From: Bdellovibrionota bacterium FG-2
GTDB taxonomy: Bacteria > Bdellovibrionota > UBA1018
Reading direction: 5' to 3'
NCBI GenBank assembly: GCA_051382305.1
Contig: JBBCAV010000392.1
Span: 1-16,810, forward strand
Length of the DNA: 16,810 nucleotides
Shown: piece after piece, positions 1-8,443 of the stretch
How the letters are laid out: each line of letters opens with the position of its first letter
How positions within the stretch are numbered: position 1 is the first letter of the stretch
Notes under the pieces: generated by a model
The model's database searches: none
Seen by the model: the letters and a program-made list of their open reading frames with translations, nothing else
Told to the model about the DNA's origin: nothing
Made by a program: the position numbers and the translations under genes

Positions 1-39
1 GACCATTGCATTCTTCCGTCTCTTCGTGTCTATTCTCAT
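1..39 (-). CDS. 5' end of a gene running off the left edge (MRIDTKRRKNAMV...), product unknown
   Basis: On the minus strand AGGAG (50-46) lies 6 nt before an ATG at 39, and the frame stays open to the window edge. The basic N-terminus resembles a signal-peptide n-region. Confidence 0.6.
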   Translation of the reverse strand, partial: MRIDTKRRKNAMV

Positions 40-172
40 CTGTGGCTCCTTGTTTTTTAATTGGTACCGTGGAGTATTCCACGGGGGAGCCACTCAATCA
101 AATTTCAACGGACTTCAGCATAATCTCATGCCCCGCAGCTTGGTAGCACTTCTTTCTGAGTCAATACGAATC

Positions 173-1108
173 CTACTCATCATGCCGATCCAAGCTCTTC
201 AGCCTGACATCACATTTCCCTGTAAAAGCATGATTCTCGGCACGTGCTGAGGGCACCTGATCAAACATCCGGCGCATGCCCGGAACATTCACTTTGATCA
301 TCTGCTGGACATCCAAGTTACCTGGAGAATGCGAATAGCCTAGCTCAAAAAGAATCGACCACACGCCGTGTTTCCAAAACGCATAATCCTCAAAGGTACC
401 ATCGGCCGCATAAAGCACCGCAGTCGAATTCCCAACCGTGTAGTGACTCTCAACCGTGGCGTCCGCTACGAGCTGCTTGAAGAGCGGATCGTACGGTGTC
501 GCAAGATCATGAGTCGAAATTCCCCAGGGATATAAAACCGCAGGTGAATAAGTGTGCAAAGTCGCCGAGCCCACAATGCCCTGCTCATCAATAAATTTCG
601 CAAGCGCCGCAGTGGATTTTAATTTAAACGGACCTTCGGTCCCACACGGCCCCGGATAATCGCGGTTAGGGTCATGATTCGTCCCGCCTCCAGTTTCCCA
701 ACGAATTCCACTGTTGTACCCTTTGATATTCAAAACCGGGATTACAAAAAGCGTCTGCCCTACAAGCGGCGTTTCAGCCACCGAGCGAGCAAAGGCTTTG
801 GCAACTTCGGTCGATCCATATTCATTGCCGTGATGAGTGCCCACTACGAGATTCTTGATCGCGCCATTGCCAATTTGCAATCCCTCTATCTGCTCACCGC
901 TATCGGAGAGGCCAATCGAAATCAATTTCGCGTTTTGCGGAAACTGAGCTTCAACCCCACGCAGGAACTTCTTAACTTCGTCATATTTGGTGGCAGCCAC
1001 ACCAGGAGGCGGAGGGGGCGGCGCGGGATTCGCGCTGGCCTGGGATGCCATTCCCACGGCCCAACTCACAGCAAGCAACAACACGACACCGCGCATTCCG
1101 TATTTCAT
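173..1108 (-). CDS. Secreted M14-family zinc carboxypeptidase
   Basis: Motifs HGNE (HxxE), NRD, LHTY and a C-terminal FELG (catalytic Glu). Start revised to the ATG at 1108, preceded by AGGAGGGA. It is followed by a signal peptide (MKYGMRGVVLLLAVSWAVGMASQASA) and a poly-Pro linker. The ORF-track start at 1261 falls inside rnpB. Confidence 0.88.
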   Translation of the reverse strand: MKYGMRGVVLLLAVSWAVGMASQASANPAPPPPPPGVAATKYDEVKKFLRGVEAQFPQNAKLISIGLSDSGEQIEGLQIGNGAIKNLVVGTHHGNEYGSTEVAKAFARSVAETPLVGQTLFVIPVLNIKGYNSGIRWETGGGTNHDPNRDYPGPCGTEGPFKLKSTAALAKFIDEQGIVGSATLHTYSPAVLYPWGISTHDLATPYDPLFKQLVADATVESHYTVGNSTAVLYAADGTFEDYAFWKHGVWSILFELGYSHSPGNLDVQQMIKVNVPGMRRMFDQVPSARAENHAFTGKCDVRLKSLDRHDE

Positions 1109-1190
1109 AAGATCCCTCCTTGGTCTCTGAAAAAACTTCGTTGTGGAATGATGATACAAGCCAGGGGCCAATTCCCCAAAAGAAAAAGTA

Positions 1191-1593
1191 TTGCGCAGGG
1201 CTGTAAGCCGGGTTCTGTCTTCGCCCCAGGCCCTTTTGGAGCCCGTGGCGGAGGCGATCATTCCTCTGGGATTTGCGTTACCGCAAACCTCAAGCGGCGT
1301 TACCCGGGGGCATCGGTCGAGTAGACCTTAGCGCCCCCCTATTTGGCCTTGCTCCAGGTAGGGTTTTCCGTGCCATCCGTGTCACCACGAACGCGGTGGG
1401 CTCTTACCCCACCATTTCACCCTTACCCCGAATCCCGAAGGAAACGAGGCGGTATACTTTCTGTTGCACTTTCCGTCGCCCCCTCATCACAAAGAGACGC
1501 CTGGCCGTTAACCAGTACCTTACTTTTTGGAGCCCGGACTTTCCTCCAGCATCACGTTTTCACGCGGCACCAGCGATCGCCCGCCCTGCGCAA
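1191..1593 (-). ncRNA. rnpB: RNase P RNA, bacterial type A
   Basis: The minus strand carries GAGGAAAGTCCGGGCTCC, GGAAAGTGCAACAGAAAG, AGGGTGAAATGGTGGGGTAAGAGCCCACCG, GGAAAACCC...GGAGCAAGGCCAAATAGG and the 3' motif GACAGAACCCGGCTTACAG. P1 forms between TTGCGCAGGGC and GCCCTGCGCAA. Length is about 400 nt. Confidence 0.97.
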
Positions 1594-1596
1594 ATT

Positions 1597-2352
1597 TTAT
1601 GAACCCGATATAGCTGTCTCAGCCGGCGTGCTGACTGGGACAAAAAGGATGCGAAGGCAGCTCGGACAAGAGTGCATCGCAAGACCCTTTTGAATTTCAT
1701 TGAAAAGTTGAGGCGGCAGCATAATGTTACAAGCCTTACACCGACCACCAATCGCAGGAGAGATCCCAATGCCCGCGCGTCCGGTGCGAATGCGCTCATA
1801 TTGCGACAAAAGCGGTCGTTCTACTTTACTCACATGCTGCGCTCGCTCGGTCATCAATTCAGCAATTTGAGATTCCAACTGGGTCGCCTGGCCAGTAACA
1901 ACCGCCGCCTGGGCATCACGCTCTTGCTTGATTTTCTCAAACTGCGCTGTCAGGTTCGCCACGTCTTTTTCAACAACAGCCATCTCAGCCTGAGTCTTCG
2001 TCGTCTGCTCGCCTAAAGTCGTCTCAAGCTTCTTGAGTTGCTCGATTTCCTTATTCACCGCTTGATACTCAGTTGAATTGGCCACCGCCTCAAGCTTAGT
2101 GTTAGACCGAATCACGCGCTCACGATTCATATCCAAAGCGCCTTGAGTCTGTCTTTGAGTTTTTTCAAGCTCACCTAAAACAGCCTTTTTTACAGTCAAA
2201 GACGTCTGAACTTTCGCAAGCGAATCATCCAATGACTTGAGCACCCCAGGCAGCGCACCTCGATCTTTCTTTATGCGATCAATCCGAATATCCAATTCTT
2301 GAAGACTCTCTAAGGCTTTCAACTGCTCTCTGAGTGCTAAGGGATTCGCCAC
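1597..2352 (-). CDS. Coiled-coil C4 zinc-ribbon protein (DUF164 / CT398 / HP0958-like)
   Basis: N-terminal LQELD motif, long coiled coil and C-terminal CKAC...CPSCLRIL. GTG start follows GGAGG. It sits in the usual position downstream of a Nif3 gene. Confidence 0.92.
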   Translation of the reverse strand: MANPLALREQLKALESLQELDIRIDRIKKDRGALPGVLKSLDDSLAKVQTSLTVKKAVLGELEKTQRQTQGALDMNRERVIRSNTKLEAVANSTEYQAVNKEIEQLKKLETTLGEQTTKTQAEMAVVEKDVANLTAQFEKIKQERDAQAAVVTGQATQLESQIAELMTERAQHVSKVERPLLSQYERIRTGRAGIGISPAIGGRCKACNIMLPPQLFNEIQKGLAMHSCPSCLRILFVPVSTPAETAISGS

Positions 2353-3548
2353 TTCTTTCCTCCTGACCAGATTCTCTGCGTCGACAAATTTAACTGCGTA
2401 CTGTTAAGCCCCAATTCCTTTAACCACTTCGCTGTAGTCTTCAGAAAAAAGAGTTCACTTTCTCGATGACCCATCTCCAATACCGAGATCCCTTGTCGGG
2501 CACCCGCCAACACTCCGTGATACCCCACCTCCCCTGTAATGAAGAGATCGCATCCCACGGCTTTGGCAGCATCCACAAAAGAAGCTCCCTTCCCTGCAAC
2601 AAATGCGACTCGCCGGAATTCCGAGCGAGCCAAAACCGGTGCAAGGGGTAGATCCGTCATCCAAAAACCATCTAACTTGAATAGACTTGTAACATCTTTG
2701 AGGATTTCTGAAAAGGGCTTAGGCTTCGGAAAATCACCCCAAAATCCATAACCCAGCCCCGAAACCAATCCCTTGGCAGAAGGACCCTGCTCGACCGAAT
2801 AGAGGTCATAGGCGACCTCTTCATAGGGATGAGACTCAAAAAGAGCAGCCATTACTCTGCGCTGGAACCCACGAGGAAAAACGGTCTCTAAACGAATTTC
2901 ATTAACCTTTTCAAGGACTCCAGGCCTTCCCACGAACGGATCAGTACCAGCGCCCCCTCGAAACGTCCCCTCTCCTCTTGCTCCAAAAGTGCACTGATCA
3001 TAGCGGCCGATGTGGCCGGCACCGACCGCCCCAAGGGCGCTTCGGACTTTCTCGGCATGGGTCTCAGGAACAAAAACGACGAGTTTCGCCAAAGTCCCGG
3101 AGGCGTGATCATGCAAACGACCTTGGGGAGTGACGCCCAGCCCCTTTGATACCGCCTCAACAACTTCGAGGGCACACTGATCAAAATTCGTGTGAGCACA
3201 AACAACAGCAATTCCAGCCCGAAGGGCAGCAAAAACTAAGGCCTCTGCGGAGCCCGGCTGATTCAAAGTCACACGCGACAGAGGATGGGCCGTCGGAAAA
3301 ATGCAAGGGTGATGCGTAAGAATCAGATTATAGCCGGCCTGCTTTGCAATCGCGATGGCTTCGGCGGTGAGATCAATCGAAATCACCGCCCCCTTTGTGC
3401 GCCAGTCCCCGTCACCAACCAAAAGCCCGACATTATCCCAGCGTTCCGCAGTTTTTGCAGGAGCGCGCGCTTCAATAAGGTTTACAACTGCGCCCACCGT
3501 TACAGTGTCTGCGATTACTTTCTGATTGAATATCCGGCCTGTACCCAC
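2337..3548 (-). CDS. Nif3-like (YbgI/YqfO, DUF34) dinuclear-metal protein with inserted PII/CutA-like domain
   Basis: Motifs WDNVGLLVG, THHP, HTNFD, ITGE and GHRESE, with the insertion KLVVFVP...AGHIGRYDQCTF...HPYEEVAYD. The start is uncertain: GTG at 3548 has GGAGG 9 nt upstream, and GTG at 3497 is an alternative. Confidence 0.9.
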   Translation of the reverse strand: MGTGRIFNQKVIADTVTVGAVVNLIEARAPAKTAERWDNVGLLVGDGDWRTKGAVISIDLTAEAIAIAKQAGYNLILTHHPCIFPTAHPLSRVTLNQPGSAEALVFAALRAGIAVVCAHTNFDQCALEVVEAVSKGLGVTPQGRLHDHASGTLAKLVVFVPETHAEKVRSALGAVGAGHIGRYDQCTFGARGEGTFRGGAGTDPFVGRPGVLEKVNEIRLETVFPRGFQRRVMAALFESHPYEEVAYDLYSVEQGPSAKGLVSGLGYGFWGDFPKPKPFSEILKDVTSLFKLDGFWMTDLPLAPVLARSEFRRVAFVAGKGASFVDAAKAVGCDLFITGEVGYHGVLAGARQGISVLEMGHRESELFFLKTTAKWLKELGLNSTQLNLSTQRIWSGGKKWRIP

Positions 3549-4615
3549 GCCTTGATTCCTCCTTCGACATTCACGACATCGCGCAAGCCAACCCTTGAAA
3601 GCGTCTGTGCAGCGCTCCGACTGCGCACACCGGAGCGACAACTCAAATACACGCGCTCATAAAGTTTAAGCTCCTCTAAATGAAAGCCTAACGCCGAAAC
3701 CGGAACGTTCCGCAATCCCACGATCGCCCCTTGCGCAATTTCCTCGGGTTCACGCACATCAATGAACGCGTGCTTTGGGTCTGCTTTTTTGAGCTTTAAC
3801 GCAAATTTCTCCGCAGAAATCTGCCCCACCGGCTCGGGCACAAGCTCTGAAAACATGCAGTGCACGTTTTTCCCTGGATCTGTCCTCACATCTTCCCGCG
3901 GTTCACGGCTTTCGTTGAAAAACAGCTTCGGCTCAGCATCCTCATAAGGAGCGAGCGCGGATTCTTTGAGCTTAAGCGCGCAGAACTGCTTCTCGTCATT
4001 TACCCGCAGATGGGGGTTCTTTAATTTTTCAATACCCAGAGTTGAAAAAAGATAACCTCGAGAATCATGCGCTGGAAAAACAAGGGCATCGCCCATTGAA
4101 ACAATCGTCTGAAGACTCTTGAACAACACTCCCGCATCCGCCCCCCGCGCGGTGGTTCGGCCACTCCCACCGATCAATAAGGTATCTCCGGAAAACAAAA
4201 CCCCCTCGCCCCTCAAACATAAAGCATCCACCGAATGCCCTGGGGTAACGAGCACCTCAAACACCTTCGATCCAACCCGAAGCTTCTCCCCCTGAGAAAG
4301 TTTGCTCGTAGCCCGAGCACTTTGGGTCAAATGAGACATCGCAATCTCGATCCCAAACTCGCGCGCCAACCAATGAGAGGATGAAAAATGATCCGTGTGA
4401 GTATGCGTCTCAACGACCCTGACAGGCTTGAGCCGCCGCTCAGCCAAGAATGATCGATAATCACCCACTAATTCCAAATGAGGATCAACAAGAAGCGCCG
4501 CGCCTTGATCATAGACACAATAAGACAGACAAGTGCCTGCGCGAAACTGTTTTAACCCGCCCGAAGCCCACAACCCGCATGATGTTGAATGCGGGGTATG
4601 CGGCTCAGGGGTCAT
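3515..4615 (-). CDS. MBL-fold persulfide-dioxygenase-like (ETHE1/Blh) domain fused to a C-terminal rhodanese
   Basis: MBL/ETHE1-like motifs [31 protein letters not shown] and [11 protein letters not shown]. Rhodanese motifs [15 protein letters not shown] and [12 protein letters not shown] overlap with the fbaB stop. Confidence 0.87.
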   Translation of the reverse strand: MTPEPHTPHSTSCGLWASGGLKQFRAGTCLSYCVYDQGAALLVDPHLELVGDYRSFLAERRLKPVRVVETHTHTDHFSSSHWLAREFGIEIAMSHLTQSARATSKLSQGEKLRVGSKVFEVLVTPGHSVDALCLRGEGVLFSGDTLLIGGSGRTTARGADAGVLFKSLQTIVSMGDALVFPAHDSRGYLFSTLGIEKLKNPHLRVNDEKQFCALKLKESALAPYEDAEPKLFFNESREPREDVRTDPGKNVHCMFSELVPEPVGQISAEKFALKLKKADPKHAFIDVREPEEIAQGAIVGLRNVPVSALGFHLEELKLYERVYLSCRSGVRSRSAAQTLSRVGLRDVVNVEGGIKAWVQAGYSIRK

Positions 4616-5667
4616 GCGACGCCAATAGACGAATCAAGATAGACGTCTTGAATCGCATTGATCAAAGCAATGCCGTCTTTCCAGGGCTTCTGAAACGCTT
4701 TCCGGCCCGCAATCAAACCCATTCCCCCGGCTCGCTTATTGATAATAGCTGTCCTCACTGCGTCTTTAAAATCCGACTCGCCCTTGCTCTCTCCGCCCGA
4801 GTTAATCAGGCCGATACGCCCCATGTAGCAGTTTGCTACTTGATAACGGCACAAATCAATCGGGTGATCAGTCGTAAGTTTTGAATAGACTAAAGGAGAA
4901 GTCTTCCCATGTTTGGTCGCATTATAGCCGCCATTATTTACGGGCAATTTTTGCTTGATAATATCGGCCTGCATCGTGACGCCTAAATGATTCGCCTGTG
5001 AGGTGAAATCCGCCGCATTGTGATAATCGACCCCATCCACCTTAAAGGCGTTGTTACGAGTGTAGCACCACAAAATCGTGGCGAGTCCGAGTTCGTGAGC
5101 ATGCGCAAAAGCGTCGCTTACCTCATGGATCTGACGAGCACTCTCCGCGGAACCAAAATAAACGGTGGCACCCACGGCAACCGCACCCATGTCAGAAGCC
5201 TGCTTCACGCTGGCAAACATCGTTTGATCGTATTTGTTTGGATAACTCAAAAATTCGTTGTGATTGAGTTTTAGAACAAAAGGAATTTTGTGGGCGTATT
5301 TACGGGCAGCAATCCCGAGCACACCCAGAGTTGAAGCAACCCCACTGCTTCCGGATTCGATGGCAAACTTCACAATATTTTCGGGATCAAAAAAATCAGG
5401 ATTCGGAGCAAACGACGCGCCTGCCGAATGCTCAATCCCTTGATCGACGGGGAAAATCGATACATAGCCGGTGCCCTTGAGGCGCCCCGTATCGACGAGT
5501 GATTGAAGACTCCGCAAGACGCGCGGCGAACGATCTGAATCTTTTAGAAAATCCGTCACCCACTCGGAATGGGGGAGATGAAGTTTCTCACGGGGAATCC
5601 CCGTTGAACGGTGTTCTAACAATGAACGTGCTTCAGGCCCCAAAATCGCTTCAAGATCTAGTTTCAT
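4612..5667 (-). CDS. fbaB: Class I fructose-bisphosphate aldolase (DhnA/FbaB type)
   Basis: Motifs [33 protein letters not shown] (Schiff-base Lys), [17 protein letters not shown] and [11 protein letters not shown]. Confidence 0.96.
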   Translation of the reverse strand: MKLDLEAILGPEARSLLEHRSTGIPREKLHLPHSEWVTDFLKDSDRSPRVLRSLQSLVDTGRLKGTGYVSIFPVDQGIEHSAGASFAPNPDFFDPENIVKFAIESGSSGVASTLGVLGIAARKYAHKIPFVLKLNHNEFLSYPNKYDQTMFASVKQASDMGAVAVGATVYFGSAESARQIHEVSDAFAHAHELGLATILWCYTRNNAFKVDGVDYHNAADFTSQANHLGVTMQADIIKQKLPVNNGGYNATKHGKTSPLVYSKLTTDHPIDLCRYQVANCYMGRIGLINSGGESKGESDFKDAVRTAIINKRAGGMGLIAGRKAFQKPWKDGIALINAIQDVYLDSSIGVA

Positions 5668-5741
5668 TTTTCAATCTCCCCGGCTCAGTATTAGTAATAA
5701 GTGTTACTCTATTTTGTAAGGCATATTCAAACGCTTGGCAA

Positions 5742-8435
5742 TCACGAAGCTCCCACGCTCCGCACGCGTACAGCGGTCACCTTGTACTCAGGCGTCCCCG
5801 TCACGGGATCACGCCCCGTTCCAATCGCGTAATTCACAAACGCATTCCAGTTATGAAAGGTCGTAAAAAGCTCGCCGCGTCGAACCTTAGATGTCACCCA
5901 AACCGTCGAGACAAATTCCCCGAAGGCACTTTCGACATGAACCTTCTCTCCATCCTGGAAATTTAATGACGCCGCATCATCAGGATGAATCTCTAATAGA
6001 TCATCAGCGACTAACTCTCTGTTGCGAGTTCGCCCAGTCATGGTCGCGACATTAAAGTGATGGAGCGACCGCCCGGTGACGAGAGTCATCGGAAAATCTG
6101 AAGAGGTTTTCTGCTCGGTGGGACGATAGGGAATTTTACGCAGCTTCGCCTTCTTAAAGCCCGAAAAACTCTCCGTATGCAAAACCTCTACCCCGTCAGA
6201 CTCGAGACTGGGACACGGCCACTGAAGTCCTCTCTTCTCAAGACGCCCATAGGTGATCCCAAAGACTGCAGGCCAAAGCATTCGGATCTCCTCCCAGACC
6301 TGGGAGGCATCTGCAAAATCAAACCCCTTCCCTGCTCCAAAACGAAGAGCAAGCGCAGAAACAATTTGAGAATCATTTTTCGCCTCTCCAAACGGCGCAA
6401 GAGCCTGGCGCACACGCTGAATGCGTCGCTCCCCGTTCATGAACGTCCCCTCTTTTTCAAAGGAGGTCACAGCTGGAAGAACCACCGTCGCAAAAGCCTC
6501 GGCCGTTTTTGTGAGAAAAGGATCCACGACAATCAATGAGTCCACCCTCTTCATCGCCTCTTTGGTCCAATGCGCATTTGGATTGGAAAAGTAGACGTCG
6601 TAACCGATCATCAACAATGACTTCATGCGCCCCGCATGAGCCTCATCCAACATTTCCATGAGCGTAAATCCAGGCACCGTGGGCAGGGTGACCCCCCATA
6701 TTTTTTCATGTGTCTCGCGAGCTAACTCAAACTTCTGACTCCCCGTCAAAGAGGCGGGTTCACAGCCCATGACCGCTGCGCCTTGAACGTTGTTTTGTCC
6801 ACGCAGGGGATTCACTCCTGCCCCTCGTTTTCCGACGTTACCGGTGAGGAGCGATAGATTGGCAAGAGCCACCACGCTATCAGTACCTTGAATGTGCTCG
6901 GTCATCCCAAGCCCATGCAAAGACATAGCGGGTTTTGTGGTGGCATAAAGGCGTGCCGCTTTTCGAATCAACTCCCCTGGAACACCCGTTAAATCCGAAA
7001 CTCTCTTCAGATCCCACTCCCTTAAACCCTGAACATATTCGTCCCATCCTTCAGTGCGGTTACGAATAAATTCCTGGTCCGCAAGACCCTCGTCACTGAT
7101 CACCCGGGCAAGCCCGTTAAAGAGGGGAATATTCGTCCCAGGCCGCAGTTGCAGATGAATACTTGCGTAAGCAGCAAGTTCCGTTCGACGAGGATCAATC
7201 ACAATAGAAGGAATCCCCTGAAGCTGTCGCTGTTTAATGCGCGCGCCTACGACCGGATGATTTTCAGTCGCATTCGTACCACAAAGCAAAAACAAGTGAG
7301 TCAGCTCAATATCATCGAAACTATTCGTCGCAGCGCCCGTTCCAAACGCAATCTTTGCCCCGGCCGCACTTGGAGCATGGCAAACACGAGCGCAACAATC
7401 CACGTTGTTCGTTCCTAGAACACTGCGAGCAAATTTGTGAGTCAAATACGCTTCTTCATTCGTGCCCCGTGCCGATCCCAACACCCCTACGGCTTGAGGC
7501 CCATGATCATCACGCGCGTTGCGCAACTGCTTGGCAGCTTCATCCAAAGCCTCATCCCAACTCACTTCTTTCAATGAGCCATTTTTTTGTCGAACTAACG
7601 GCAGCGAGAGCCGATCGGGCGCCCCCACGTACGCCGTTGAATAGCGCCCTTTCACACAAAGATGACCTTTGCTCGAGGGAGAATCTAAAACAGGCCGCAC
7701 ACTAACAAGGGTGCCTCCTCGCGTTCCAACATTAAGCTCACACCCTACCCCACAATAAGGACAAGTTGTCTTCGTCCACGCCTCAGGCGCCCCCAGCTCG
7801 ATGACACGCGCATCCGCAAGAGCGCCGCTCGGACACGTGTCCACGCACGCACCACAAGAAACACATGAGCTTTCTTTAAGGGTCGTTCCCGAATCAGGAA
7901 GCACCGTAAGCGCTGAACCTCTGCTTTGGGTTTTCCACACAAACTGTCCTTGTAAATCATTGCAAATATGAACACAGCGATAACAATGAACACAGCGGGA
8001 CATGTCCACATGAATGTAAGGATGAGTCGAATCCCGAATGGGCTCCCAGGTCGGATCCTCAGCCCCTGGCTCGACTCCGTATTGCTCCAAATAACCTTCA
8101 AAAACCCCTGTGGGGCGCCCAGATGGATTTGCCAAATCAGGGCGCGGAAAATGCCTGGCCAAGAAACCAAGGGCCGTTTTTCTGAACATCTCTAATTCGG
8201 GAGTATGGGTCTTGATTTTCATCCCCGCCACTACCGGGGTGGCGCATGAGCAAACGGGACGCGCGCAACCTTCCACCTCCACTTCGCAAAGCCGACAAGA
8301 GGACGAAGGAGCAAACCGAGGATCACTGCAAAGATGCGGCACCTCAATGCCTATTTTTTTTAAGACCGAAAGTAGCTTTTCATCTTCGCTGCCCTTCGGA
8401 ACCTGGCAGGTAGAACCATTAACAAAGATTTCCAT
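5742..8435 (-). CDS. fdhF: Formate dehydrogenase alpha subunit (Mo/W-bis-PGD, Cys-type) with N-terminal Fe-S domains
   Basis: [2Fe-2S] motif PHLC...CRLC...CSC, two [4Fe-4S] motifs (CVHCYRCVHIC, CVSCGACVDTCP) and CPYCGVGC...LCVKG. Active-site NNVDCCARVCH and LRGQNNVQG, C-terminal TPEYKVTAV. Confidence 0.93.
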   Translation of the reverse strand: MEIFVNGSTCQVPKGSEDEKLLSVLKKIGIEVPHLCSDPRFAPSSSCRLCEVEVEGCARPVCSCATPVVAGMKIKTHTPELEMFRKTALGFLARHFPRPDLANPSGRPTGVFEGYLEQYGVEPGAEDPTWEPIRDSTHPYIHVDMSRCVHCYRCVHICNDLQGQFVWKTQSRGSALTVLPDSGTTLKESSCVSCGACVDTCPSGALADARVIELGAPEAWTKTTCPYCGVGCELNVGTRGGTLVSVRPVLDSPSSKGHLCVKGRYSTAYVGAPDRLSLPLVRQKNGSLKEVSWDEALDEAAKQLRNARDDHGPQAVGVLGSARGTNEEAYLTHKFARSVLGTNNVDCCARVCHAPSAAGAKIAFGTGAATNSFDDIELTHLFLLCGTNATENHPVVGARIKQRQLQGIPSIVIDPRRTELAAYASIHLQLRPGTNIPLFNGLARVISDEGLADQEFIRNRTEGWDEYVQGLREWDLKRVSDLTGVPGELIRKAARLYATTKPAMSLHGLGMTEHIQGTDSVVALANLSLLTGNVGKRGAGVNPLRGQNNVQGAAVMGCEPASLTGSQKFELARETHEKIWGVTLPTVPGFTLMEMLDEAHAGRMKSLLMIGYDVYFSNPNAHWTKEAMKRVDSLIVVDPFLTKTAEAFATVVLPAVTSFEKEGTFMNGERRIQRVRQALAPFGEAKNDSQIVSALALRFGAGKGFDFADASQVWEEIRMLWPAVFGITYGRLEKRGLQWPCPSLESDGVEVLHTESFSGFKKAKLRKIPYRPTEQKTSSDFPMTLVTGRSLHHFNVATMTGRTRNRELVADDLLEIHPDDAASLNFQDGEKVHVESAFGEFVSTVWVTSKVRRGELFTTFHNWNAFVNYAIGTGRDPVTGTPEYKVTAVRVRSVGAS

Positions 8436-8443
8436 ATCCCCGA

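Noticed and set aside
1109..1261. N-terminal extension of the carboxypeptidase ORF
   Set aside because: It overlaps rnpB. The SD and signal peptide point to ATG 1108.
26..1324. Plus-strand ORFs 26-250 and 674-1324
   Set aside because: Antisense to well-supported features, with no recognisable motifs.
1273..1799. ORFs 1273-1602 (+), 1343-1693 (+) and 1560-1799 (-)
   Set aside because: They are shadow ORFs over rnpB and the zinc-ribbon gene. Antisense translations of RNase P RNA are a familiar source of spurious proteins.
3549..3641. N-terminal extension of the Nif3 ORF
   Set aside because: It lies inside the rhodanese domain in another frame, and Nif3 similarity begins near 3500.
7370..7415. 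Selenocysteine/SECIS in the formate dehydrogenase
   Set aside because: The active-site codon is Cys and there is no in-frame TGA.
7968..7997. 12-bp direct repeat ATGAACACAGCG x2
   Set aside because: It encodes RCVH-CY-RCVH of the ferredoxin motif, so it is a coding constraint and not a CRISPR or regulatory repeat.
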